Below are positions 36,671 through 47,741 of a stretch of 64,000 nt of DNA, piece by piece. Source of the DNA: Nemertoderma westbladi (lineage: Eukaryota > Animalia > Xenacoelomorpha); NCBI GenBank assembly GCA_032718475.1, contig JAUCBJ010003349.1, positions 19,666 to 83,665 on the forward strand, written 5' to 3'. Numbering within the stretch: position 1 is the stretch's first letter; every line of letters begins with the position of its first letter. The translations under genes and the position numbers were made by a program. The notes beneath the pieces are model-generated. The model made no database searches and was not told the DNA's origin. It was given only the letters and a program-made list of their open reading frames with translations.

Positions 36671-36997
36671 GTGAAAATCAATTACGATGGTTCGTGGTCT
36701 ACCAAATCTAAAGGAGCGATCCGAGAACTTTGTGAGACAGACAGACTCATAGAGAAATCCGTCGATGATACCATCATAGTACTCGATTCCTCCAACGATG
36801 AGGACGCCTTACAGGATATCGAAAATAGTGGAACCAATAATGACGTCATAAGCTCGAAGGGGGTTGGAAGTGGTGACGTCACGAAAAAACGTCGTCATTC
36901 ATCAATTAATGTTGGAGGCGCATCTAACGAGAGCCGCAATGTGAGACCGTTAGTTCCCCTTCATTATATAACATGTAATGTAACAAACAATAAGTAA
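36671..36997 (+). CDS. PIAS: PIAS-like gene, exon 2 (3' boundary uncertain)
   Basis: Acceptor ttctttgtag at 36670; in-frame VKINYDGSW (PIAS DGSW motif) and a SIM plus acidic tract IIVLDSSNDED; may end at the stop (36997) or at donors at 36941 or 36994. Confidence 0.8.
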   Translation: MKINYDGSWSTKSKGAIRELCETDRLIEKSVDDTIIVLDSSNDEDALQDIENSGTNNDVISSKGVGSGDVTKKRRHSSINVGGASNESRNVRPLVPLHYITCNVTNNK

Positions 36998-37269
36998 TTT
37001 TATTTAGTATAGGAACTAATCGAATCTCCAATAAATATTTTGTTTGATGACATTTTGTTCTTAAAATTGCCTTTTTATCCGAATTATATTATTGAATTGT
37101 ATAAGTTTTTCGGGTATAAATAATTAATTAATTGCACTAAATATAAAAACCGGTGGAGAACTCGTTGAGCGTACCAAATGTACAAATATAATTACCTAGG
37201 ATTAAAAGTTAAGTAATATTAATTTAATTGTATTTATTGCCTAGTGATACTTATATGAAGAAAAAAAAA

Positions 37270-37450
37270 CAAAAGGGCAATTTATTGCAAACGCAAATTC
37301 CGGTATATCCTGGGCTGCTGCATGGTTTGTCTGGAATGCCGCCCAAAAATTTTTCTAAATGAGCTTTTTTGAAAGTGTCGAGGGAACAATCAGACATTGC
37401 GTAAGAATTGAGGTAAAACGTTGGATAATTGCGGTCCGACAACACCAATA
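37270..37450 (-). mobile_element. Short degenerate LINE (CR1/Jockey-group) 3' fragment
   Basis: CSLDTFKKAHLEKFLGGIPDKP...PGY resembles the end of LINE ORF2 (FKxxLDKFLxxIPDxP). Confidence 0.5.
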
Positions 37451-37787
37451 CTGTTCTCCGTTAGAGTCCCCCGCCCCCATAGGGGGGGGGGGGGGGGGGG
37501 GTAAGGGGGCTCATTAAAATTCCTGAATTAATCCCCCTCCGGGGGAAAATCGTAGCTAATAACATCTGATATTAAACTTGCAAATATTAAACTGTAACTG
37601 CACCGATAGCCAGTTCTATTGATTTTCGTTTATTGTTTTGGTTAGGATAGATCGTGCCACTATAACTAAACATAAAATTTAAATTGTTAATTAGGGTGGT
37701 TCAAAAAAATAGAAACTCCTATGCGCTACACCTATGCTGTGATTCATTTTGGTCTGATTGGAACCGCAATTGGTCGATTTGGTAATA

Positions 37788-40700
37788 TCACATTTGAGGC
37801 ACAGTGGTAAGAAATTTTTTTATCGATGCCCATGGCGAACCACTTATACTTTTTTTTCAAACTTTGAAGATTCCGCTATGCCCATGGCGAACCACTTATA
37901 CATTTTTCAAAAGTTTGTTGATTCAGCTACGTCCATAGCAAACCACTCCTTTTCAGAGTTTGTTGATTCCTCTATGCCCTTATTAAGAAACCTAATTATT
38001 TGAAAGTTTATTTATTAACGTTTTATTTATTTATTAATAGTAGTAATAATAACAATACTTGATTAGCATACATTACAGTGTAATATTGCATATAATTACC
38101 TAATTAACTAAAACTGCTAATTAGCTCATTAACTATGTATTAATAAATGGCACAAACTGCAAATTGATTTATTAGATGCCACAAATTACGTAGGTTTTTC
38201 CGGTACAACCTCGGGCATCTATGAACAGTCGTAAATTGGTTCCTGAAATAATAAAGTTAAGAATTTATTATTTCAAAATAATAAAATAGATTATATATAT
38301 ATATATATATAGATATAAAATAGATTCGATTCAAACAAATTAGCACAATATTTCAGAGAAAATGAAAAGAAAGTCTAAAATTTACTAAGGATTTCCTTTA
38401 CTCAAATAGAATATAATAATAATATATCAAATAAATTAATGCATCTGAATAATTATTTCTTTACAACCAAATCAAATGTAATTGTCAATATTTTATAAGT
38501 AATATAATTATTCAGATGCATTAATTTATTACGTGTATTATTAATGTGTACAAAATGCCACAATTCTTAAAAATATGCACTGTAATATAATAATTGCTTA
38601 ATAATAATTTGAGGATGACTTAAAAAAACGCAGGCCTACTAAAAAATGATCGATTACGCTTCCGCATCTGGCAGTCTGGTGCTGTGCTGTGCATCTCCAC
38701 ATGAGTCAGTGAGTTGATGAACGTCAGGTAGACGTAGAGAACGAGACGTCCTCGAAGATAACTTATGAGTTGATGAGCGTCAGGTAGACGTAGAGAACGA
38801 GACGTCCTCGAAGATAACTTATGAGTTGATGAGCGTCAGGTAGACGCAGAGAACGAGACGTCCTCGAAGATAACTTATGAGTTGATGAGCGTCAGGTAGA
38901 CGCAGAGAACGAGACGTCCTCGAAGATAACTTATGAGTTGATGAGCGTCAGGTAGACGTAGAGAACGAGACGTCCTCGAAGATAACTTATGAGTTGATGA
39001 GCGTCAGGTAGACGTAGAGAACGAGACGTCCTCGAAGATAACTTATGAGTTGATGAGCGTCAGGTAGACGCAGAGAACGAGACGTCCTCGAAGATAACTT
39101 ATGAGTTGATGAGCGTCAGGTAGACGTAGAGAACGAGACGTCCTCGAAGATAACTTATGAGTTGATGAGCGTCAGGTAGACGTAGAGAACGAGACGTCCT
39201 CGAAGATAACTTATGAGTTGATGAGCGTCAGGTAGACGTAGAGAACGAGACGTCCTCGAAGATAACTTATGAGTTGATGAGCGTCAGGTAGACGTAGAGA
39301 ACGAGACGTCCTCGAAGATAACTTATGAGTTGATGAGCGTCAGGTAGACGTAGAGAACGAGACGTCCTCGAAGATAACTTATGAGTTGATGAGCGTCAGG
39401 TAGACGTAGAGAACGAGACGTCCTCGAAGATAACTTATGAGTTGATGAGCGTCAGGTAGACGTAGAGAACGAGACGTCCTCGAAGATAACTTATGAGTTG
39501 ATGAGCGTCAGGTAGACGTAGAGAACGAGACGTCCTCGAAGATAACTTATGAGTTGATGAGCGTCAGGTAGACGTAGAGAACGAGACGTCCTCGAAGATA
39601 ACTTATGAGTTGATGAGCGTCAGGTAGACGTAGAGAACGAGACGTCCTCGAAGATAACTTATGAGTTGATGAGCGTCAGGTAGACGTAGAGAACGAGACG
39701 TCCTCGAAGATAACTTATGAGTTGATGAGCGTCAGGTAGACGTAGAGAACGAGACGTCCTCGAAGATAACTTATGAGTTGATGAGCGTCAGGTAGACGTA
39801 GAGAACGAGACGTCCTCGAAGATAACTTATGAGTTGATGAGCGTCAGGTAGACGTAGAGAACGAGACGTCCTCGAAGATAACTTATGAGTTGATGAGCGT
39901 CAGGTAGACGTAGAGAACGAGACGTCCTCGAAGATAACTTATGAGTTGATGAGCGTCAGGTAGACGTAGAGAACGAGACGTCCTCGAAGATAACTTATGA
40001 GTTGATGAGCGTCAGGTAGACGTAGAGAACGAGACGTCCTCGAAGATAACTTATGAGTTGATGAGCGTCAGGTAGACGTAGAGAACGAGACGTCCTCGAA
40101 GATAACTTATGAGTTGATGAGCGTCAGGTAGACGTAGAGAACGAGACGTCCTCGAAGATAACTTATGAGTTGATGAGCGTCAGGTAGACGTAGAGAACGA
40201 GACGTCCTCGAAGATAACTTATGAGTTGATGAGCGTCAGGTAGACGTAGAGAACGAGACGTCCTCGAAGATAACTTATGAGTTGATGAGCGTCAGGTAGA
40301 CGTAGAGAACGAGACGTCCTCGAAGATAACTTATGAGTTGATGAGCGTCAGGTAGACGTAGAGAACGAGACGTCCTCGAAGATAACTTATGAGTTGATGA
40401 GCGTCAGGTAGACGTAGAGAACGAGACGTCCTCGAAGATAACTTATGAGTTGATGAGCGTCAGGTAGACGTAGAGAACGAGACGTCCTCGAAGATAACTT
40501 ATGAGTTGATGAGCGTCAGGTAGACGTAGAGAACGAGACGTCCTCGAAGATAACTTATGAGTTGATGAGCGTCAGGTAGACGTAGAGAACGAGACGTCCT
40601 CGAAGATAACTTATGAGTTGATGAGCGTCAGGTAGACGTAGAGAACGAGACGTCCTCGAAGATAACTTATGAGTTGATGAGCGTCAGGTAGACGTAGAGA

Positions 40701-43144
40701 ACGAGACGTCCTCGAAGATAACTTATGAGTTGATGAGCGTCAGGTAGACGTAGAGAACGAGACGTCCTCGAAGATAACTTATGAGTTGATGAGCGTCAGG
40801 TAGACGTAGAGAACGAGACGTCCTCGAAGATAACTTATGAGTTGATGAGCGTCAGGTAGACGTAGAGAACGAGACGTCCTCGAAGATAACTTATGAGTTG
40901 ATGAGCGTCAGGTAGACGTAGAGAACGAGACGTCCTCGAAGATAACTTATGAGTTGATGAGCGTCAGGTAGACGTAGAGAACGAGACGTCCTCGAAGATA
41001 ACTTATGAGTTGATGAGCGTCAGGTAGACGTAGAGAACGAGACGTCCTCGAAGATAACTTATGAGTTGATGAGCGTCAGGTAGACGTAGAGAACGAGACG
41101 TCCTCGAAGATAACTTATGAGTTGATGAGCGTCAGGTAGACGTAGAGAACGAGACGTCCTCGAAGATAACTTATGAGTTGATGAGCGTCAGGTAGACGTA
41201 GAGAACGAGACGTCCTCGAAGATAACTTATGAGTTGATGAGCGTCAGGTAGACGTAGAGAACGAGACGTCCTCGAAGATAACTTATGAGTTGATGAGCGT
41301 CAGGTAGACGTAGAGAACGAGACGTCCTCGAAGATAACTTATGAGTTGATGAGCGTCAGGTAGACGTAGAGAACGAGACGTCCTCGAAGATAACTTATGA
41401 GTTGATGAGCGTCAGGTAGACGTAGAGAACGAGACGTCCTCGAAGATAACTTATGAGTTGATGAGCGTCAGGTAGACGTAGAGAACGAGACGTCCTCGAA
41501 GATAACTTATGAGTTGATGAGCGTCAGGTAGACGTAGAGAACGAGACGTCCTCGAAGATAACTTATGAGTTGATGAGCGTCAGGTAGACGTAGAGAACGA
41601 GACGTCCTCGAAGATAACTTATGAGTTGATGAGCGTCAGGTAGACGTAGAGAACGAGACGTCCTCGAAGATAACTTATGAGTTGATGAGCGTCAGGTAGA
41701 CGTAGAGAACGAGACGTCCTCGAAGATAACTTATGAGTTGATGAGCGTCAGGTAGACGTAGAGAACGAGACGTCCTCGAAGATAACTTATGAGTTGATGA
41801 GCGTCAGGTAGACGTAGAGAACGAGACGTCCTCGAAGATAACTTATGAGTTGATGAGCGTCAGGTAGACGTAGAGAACGAGACGTCCTCGAAGATAACTT
41901 ATGAGTTGATGAGCGTCAGGTAGACGTAGAGAACGAGACGTCCTCGAAGATAACTTATGAGTTGATGAGCGTCAGGTAGACGTAGAGAACGAGACGTCCT
42001 CGAAGATAACTTATGAGTTGATGAGCGTCAGGTAGACGTAGAGAACGAGACGTCCTCGAAGATAACTTATGAGTTGATGAGCGTCAGGTAGACGTAGAGA
42101 ACGAGACGTCCTCGAAGATAACTTATGAGTTGATGAGCGTCAGGTAGACGTAGAGAACGAGACGTCCTCGAAGATAACTTATGAGTTGATGAGCGTCAGG
42201 TAGACGTAGAGAACGAGACGTCCTCGAAGATAACTTATGAGTTGATGAGCGTCAGGTAGACGTAGAGAACGAGACGTCCTCGAAGATAACTTATGAGTTG
42301 ATGAGCGTCAGGTAGACGTAGAGAACGAGACGTCCTCGAAGATAACTTATGAGTTGATGAGCGTCAGGTAGACGTAGAGAACGAGACGTCCTCGAAGATA
42401 ACTTATGAGTTGATGAGCGTCAGGTAGACGTAGAGAACGAGACGTCCTCGAAGATAACTTATGAGTTGATGAACGTCAGGTAGACGTAGAGAACGAGACG
42501 TCCTCGAAGATAACTTATGAGTTGATGAGCGTCAGGTAGACGTAGAGAACGAGACGTCCTCGAAGATAACTTATGAGTTGATGAGCGTCAGGTAGACGTA
42601 GAGAACGAGACGTCCTCGAAGATAACTTATGAGTTGATGAGCGTCAGGTAGACGTAGAGAACGAGACGTCCTCGAAGATAACTTATGAGTTGATGAGCGT
42701 CAGGTAGACGTAGAGAACGAGACGTCCTCGAAGATAACTTATGAGTTGATGAGCGTCAGGTAGACGTAGAGAACGAGACGTCCTCGAAGATAACTTATGA
42801 GTTGATGAGCGTCAGGTAGACGTAGAGAACGAGACGTCCTCGAAGATAACTTAATTGCCATATTTTATAATATCTATAAATATAATATCTAATATTTCCG
42901 GCAAATTTAAGGAAAATTGAGGAAATGGTGCACATTTGAAAATAGGCAAAAATTAACTTTTCGAAAAAAAAGCCATAAACTCATGATTTTCTATCGTGCT
43001 GCTCGAAGCGGAAAATCACCTATTTAAAATTTTTTTTTCTATGAAGTTACACATAGGTCAGAGAGTGTCTGTGTAAAATTTGAGACAAATTGGTTCAAAA
43101 ATGGCCACTGGGGAAAGGTGTTTGTCACTGTGCCTCAAATGTGA
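37788..43144. mobile_element. TA-flanked TIR element carrying the 56-bp array
   Basis: TA|TCACATTTGAGGCACAGTG (37788-37806) and CACTGTGCCTCAAATGTGA|TA (43126-43144), a perfect 19-bp TIR; the joined flanks resemble 32975-33110. Confidence 0.75.
38711..42853. repeat. 56-bp tandem array, about 74 near-identical copies
   Basis: Unit gagttgatgagcgtcaggtagacgtagagaacgagacgtcctcgaagataacttat; only 5 variant bases noticed. Confidence 0.98.
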
Positions 43145-43429
43145 TACAACCGTCGATTTAGTTGTACTAGAGGCATGTTGTAAGACCAAATTATTAGTAT
43201 TTTGAAGTTATTGCCTATATTTCACATTACAAGTAATGTATTTCACAACAAATACCACCACTAAAAGCCTATAATGACTAATGAGAGTGCTTCTATCATA
43301 TAATGATTTGCTATATATCGCCTTGCAAAAAGCGATTGTAGTGGGATAACTTTGGCCCATATCGGTTATCCTGGGCATTTCCCAGTGACAAAGAATAAGA
43401 GATTGGATGGAAGGACATTAAGTAAAGGA

Positions 43430-43975
43430 AGTAAGGAACTACTACGATTGGCATAGGAACTACTACAATTGGCATATTACATATATATTAAGAATGCTGT
43501 GCCGGCTGACGACAACATTGCGATTGCGCCGCCACAACTCCCTATCACCCATGACATTTGCTAGATCATCCGCATCTTCAAGGCCAGTATCCTTTAAGAT
43601 GCGTCTCAAGAAAGTCATGGGCTGTCCACCATGCTTATTCACTCCATGAGGCTGCCAAAGTACAAGATTATGCACTGGCTGGTCCTCACGGCGAAAGCAA
43701 TGTCCTGCAAAGCGGAGGCGATTTTGTTCTAGTGTCAAGCTTGGGGGAACCAATGAGACACCTCCAATGTTATATAGTGTCTGGTTGAAGATGTGTGCAT
43801 TGTACTTGACACAATGAACCCGTCGTAGCATTCTTGTGAATCAGAGACTCCAGAGATTTGGTATCCTCAGCAGTTAGCATGGACTCCCATAGATGAGTAC
43901 TTGAACTACTACTGCTCTAAATAATCGGACCTTAAGTTTCCGATGTATTCTGTGTGACATCCAAATCCTGGAAAC
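43430..43975 (-). mobile_element. RTE-type LINE 3' fragment
   Basis: RLRFAGHCFRREDQPVHNLVLWQP...DTGL...MGDRELWR is a typical RTE ORF C-terminus. Confidence 0.8.
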
Positions 43976-44012
43976 AAGCAAGAAAGAAGAAAGGGAAGGA
44001 AAATAAATACTC

Positions 44013-44452
44013 AATAAAACTGGTTACATGGTCGATTTAAAAAATACACCAATCAGGGGAAAGGAAAAGGTTACAGTGCCGGTGTTGTTTTCTAGCCAAA
44101 ACAATAAACGATAGTAAATAATGCTGGTTTCATGATCAATTTAAAAAATACACCAATCATGGGAAAGGAAAGGGTTACAGTGCCGGTGTTGTTTTCTAGC
44201 CAAAACAATAAACGATAGTAAATAATGCTGGTTTCATGATCAATTTAAAAAATACACCAATCATGGGAAAGGAAAGGGTTACAGTGCCGGTGTTGTTTTC
44301 TAACCAAAACAATAAACGATAGTAAATAATGCTGGTTTCATGATCAATTTAAAAAATACACCAATCATGGGAAAGAAACACGTTGCAGGTTACAGTGGCG
44401 GTGTTTTCTAACCAAAACAATAAATGATTGACAATAAAACTGGTTACATGGT
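44013..44452 (+). repeat. 104-bp tandem repeat, about 4 copies
   Basis: caccaatc recurs at 44047, 44151, 44255 and 44359; a related monomer lies at 10700-10760. Confidence 0.9.
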
Positions 44453-44689
44453 CTTCGAATGCTCTCTATGAAGGCAGTTGTTTTCTCCGGGAAAGGGGCA
44501 TACAGGAAACTTCACGTGGTACATAACTTTGGTGGCGTTGAGCACAGGGTAGACTTAAACCAAATTGGAAAATTATTTCACAGCTTATTTTTTCACTATT
44601 TGGCAGATTTCGGGAGGATAGCCCATAGGAATGTTCATCAACTTTTATTGTTTATTTGGCGTTCCTGATTGGTTTGTTTTGTTTCATAG

Positions 44690-45380
44690 ACGCTGCGATT
44701 GGAGTGCATCCCATAGCAACCTCGATAACGTTACTATTGGCAACACCTACGCGAGTACGTTGTTAAACAGTCAACCCCATGCCGACGAGCCTCAGCCGTT
44801 CCATTGGCGACAGCAAAATCTGTGGTCTGATATGAACTCCTATTCTAGAACTAACGACTACGGTGTGAACCGCCATCGCCAAGGCAACCGGCGCAGACGT
44901 AATCGCCATGGTAACCGGCCTTGGATGCCCAATAGTAACAATCATAGTGGAGATGTTAACAGTTACAGGGGAGAAAGTAACAGTTACAGGGGAGAAAGTA
45001 GCCGAGGCCATGGTAACTCTCATTATAGTGACAACCGAAACGGTAACACAAGCAGTTGATTTGGGTTTGGTTACAGTTACCACGGTGGTAACGGTGGGGT
45101 TGGTAACAGTCACCATGGTGGTAACGGTGGGGTTGGTAACAGTCACCATGGTGGTAACGGTGGCGTTGGTAACAGTCACTATGGTGGTAACGGTGGGGTT
45201 GGTAACAGTCACCATGGTGGTAACGGTGGGGTTGGTAACAGTCACCATGGTGGTAACGGTGGGGTTGGATTTATTTATCGTAACTCGGGACGTTACGGGT
45301 TCAATGATGGTCCAGATACTCGTCCCCATGGTAACGGACATGGAGCGATTAGATTTCAAGGACCGGCGTATCCGAATTGA
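44690..45380 (+). other. Putative exon encoding a low-complexity N/R/G/H-rich peptide, with an in-frame TGA
   Basis: Acceptor-like gttttgtttcatag ends at 44689; the frame of ORF 44631 continues past TGA 45057-45059 as FGFGYSYH(GGNGGVGNSHH)n...QGPAYPN. Confidence 0.4.
45065..45268 (+). repeat. 33-bp tandem repeat, about 6 copies
   Basis: ggtggtaacggtggggttggtaacagtcaccat. Confidence 0.9.
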
Positions 45381-45730
45381 GTTTATCCGTATAACTTTAT
45401 GACCAGAACCACTGGTAATGAAAGGTCTCGCCATTATTTGACCCAGATACTGTATCCTTTATCTGGGACACTAGTTTTTAATAAGTCGTATAACCTAACT
45501 AAACCTACCTCCTACTTGCTTTAATTATATGCCTTTTTGTATTATATTCTTCATTTAATTTAAATTGATTTGTTTTATTCAGTTATTCTTAAGTTTATAA
45601 AACGCCACATGATTTATTTCATTCACCACAGACTGACTAATATTGATTTCTGGATTTGATTCCGGTAATGCGTTAAAGGCCGGTTTACACGTGGCAACTT
45701 TTCGAGAAACTTAATTTGTTCGCAGTTTAA

Positions 45731-46476
45731 CCCTATTTACCCTGGGGGGGGGGGGGGGGGGATCCGCCGGGCAACGCTGGGTAACGGGTGAGAGGTATGA
45801 CCTTGAAACCTCTTGACTTTTCCTCAAATTTATTCCTCTTTCAAATGAAAAAAAACGTGACTCTAACCTCGCACATTTTTTTTCATAAAGGACCTTTCTC
45901 GCACCTATGTCAGAATTTTTGAAAATTTAAAAATTATAAAGTTGCCCTAAACCATACAAATTCTAAATCTATATCGCTTTTTTGGATGTGGAGTTGAGTA
46001 CAATATAACTAATGTTTAGTTCAGAGGCCTAACGTGTATTTTTCTTGCGGGTACTAAGATTTGGTGCTACACGAAATTTTCAAAACTGATTGTTTTCAAT
46101 TTTGTTACAGATATTGTAACAAATCAATTGTAACAAGTCATTCGAACAAATTCATGCAGCACTGACTTTTGGTGCACGCATGAAAAATGGCAGTTGCGTT
46201 AACTCGGAAGAACTCCATTTCAGTACCATTGAATTCGTTACCACCAATACCAATATACACGTGAGACTTGAAAATCAGTTACACATGTCACACTGACTAG
46301 GCACTTACAAAAATATTTTTTTTAGAGAATGTGTAAAAATATACCACTAGATAAATTTTTACCAACTTCCAGTGAATCTCATTCAAAAATGGCCGAGAAA
46401 TCAGGTCTGGGTCGAATCCCCCCCCCCCCCCCCCCCCCCCTTGTGGGAAGAACTAAAAGACCCAGTGTAGATAGGG
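45731..46476. mobile_element. piggyBac-like MITE C
   Basis: TTAA|CCCTATTTACCCTGGG...CCCAGTGTAGATAGGG; the right TTAA is not intact (tgta). Confidence 0.7.
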
Positions 46477-46480
46477 TGTA

Positions 46481-47340
46481 GTAAGGTGAGCCTTAGCGTA
46501 GGGGGTGCCATTAATGAACCTGTGGGGCGAGCCACGAAGTAAGGTGTGCCTTAGCGTAGGGGGTACCATTAATGAACCTGTGGGGCAAGCCACGAAGTAA
46601 GGTGTGCCTTAGCGTAGGGGGTACCATTAATGAACCTGTGGGGCGAGCCACGAAGTAAGGTGAGCCTTAGCGTAGGGGGTACCATTAATGAACCTGTGGG
46701 GCGAGCCACGAAGTAAGGTGAGCCTTAGCGTAGTGGGTACCATTAATGAACCTGTGGGGCGAGCCACGAAGTAAGGTGTGCCTTAGCGTAGGGGGTACCA
46801 TTAATGAACCTGTGGGGCGAGCCACGAAGTAAGGTGTGCCTTAGCGTAGGGGGTACCATTAATGAACCTGTGGGGCGAGCCACGAAGTAAGGTGAGCCTT
46901 AGCGTAGGGGGTACCATTAATGAACCTGTGGGGCGAGCCACGAAGTAAGGTGAGCCTTAGCGTAGTGGGTACCATTAATGAACCTGTGGGGCGAGCCACG
47001 AAGTAAGGTGTGCCTTAGCGTAGGGGGTACCATTAATGAACCTGTGGGGCGAGCCACGAAGTAAGGTGTGCCTTAGCGTAGGGGGCACCATTAATGAACC
47101 TGTGGGGCGAGCCACGAAGTAAGGTGTGCCTTAGCGTAGGGGGTACCATTAATGAACCTGTGGGGCGAGCCACGAAGTAAGGTGTGCCTTAGCGTAGGGG
47201 GTACCATTAATGAACCTGTGGGGCGAGCCACGAAGTAAGGTGTGCCTTAGCGTAGGGGGTACCATTAATGAACCTGTGGGGCGAGCCACGAAGTAAGGTG
47301 AGCCTTAGCGTAGGGGGTACCATTAATGAACCTGTGGGGC
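46481..47340. repeat. 58-bp tandem array, about 15 copies
   Basis: Unit gtaaggtg(t/a)gccttagcgtagggggtaccattaatgaacctgtggggcgagccacgaa. Confidence 0.97.
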
Positions 47341-47741
47341 TTGGTACACATGTTGTTTGGCAAAAGTTTAGAAATTTTCCAAGTTGGATTCGCGAGTGGC
47401 CTTCGAGAAGCTAAGATAAAAACAGTTAATTAGTTAATTAAGTTGATTAGTTTTCACAATTTCTAGAACAAATTATAATAAATTATTAGGTGTCTGCTTG
47501 ATACTAAATTAAACTGTAAAACTCGCATAACTTACATTCTGAAAAAATTTATAAATCATCTGGTATTTTTTTTAAACTGCGTTGCATCTACCCTTTACAT
47601 ATCCTTCGTTTACTCTTTTTGTCTCTTATCATCTTAGCGAACAATATTAATTATAGTATGTCTAGTTATATCTTGGCTTCCGACACACACAAACACACAC
47701 AGACTTTTAGAAAACGGCCTTAGTATAATTATGTTAAAGAT
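46481..47741 (+). mobile_element. Helentron-associated (HINE/DINE-like) element with amplified 5' segment
   Basis: The array runs into ttggtacacatg...aaagtttagaaattttccaagttg, homologous to 60930-61000; its 3' end is shared with 4320-4385. Confidence 0.55.

Noticed and set aside
37800-37830. Transib/RAG-like RSS end starting at CACAGTG
   Set aside because: The inverted repeat extends 12 bp outside the heptamer and is TA-flanked, which does not fit Transib 5-bp TSDs
38711-42853. CRISPR array or canonical hammerhead ribozyme
   Set aside because: There are no variable spacers or cas genes; the core reads UUGAUGA...AGAGAAC rather than CUGANGA...GAAA, and the minus strand lacks the motif too
44763-45434. 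Thr/Val-rich ORFs 44763..45434 (-) and 44908..45402 (+)
   Set aside because: Alternative frames of the 33-bp repeat; the G/N/H frame fits the flanking composition better
46481-47340. Pistol ribozyme (GUGG-6nt-CCAC...GCGU resemblance)
   Set aside because: The 6-nt loop GGCGAG has no complementary pseudoknot partner before GCGU
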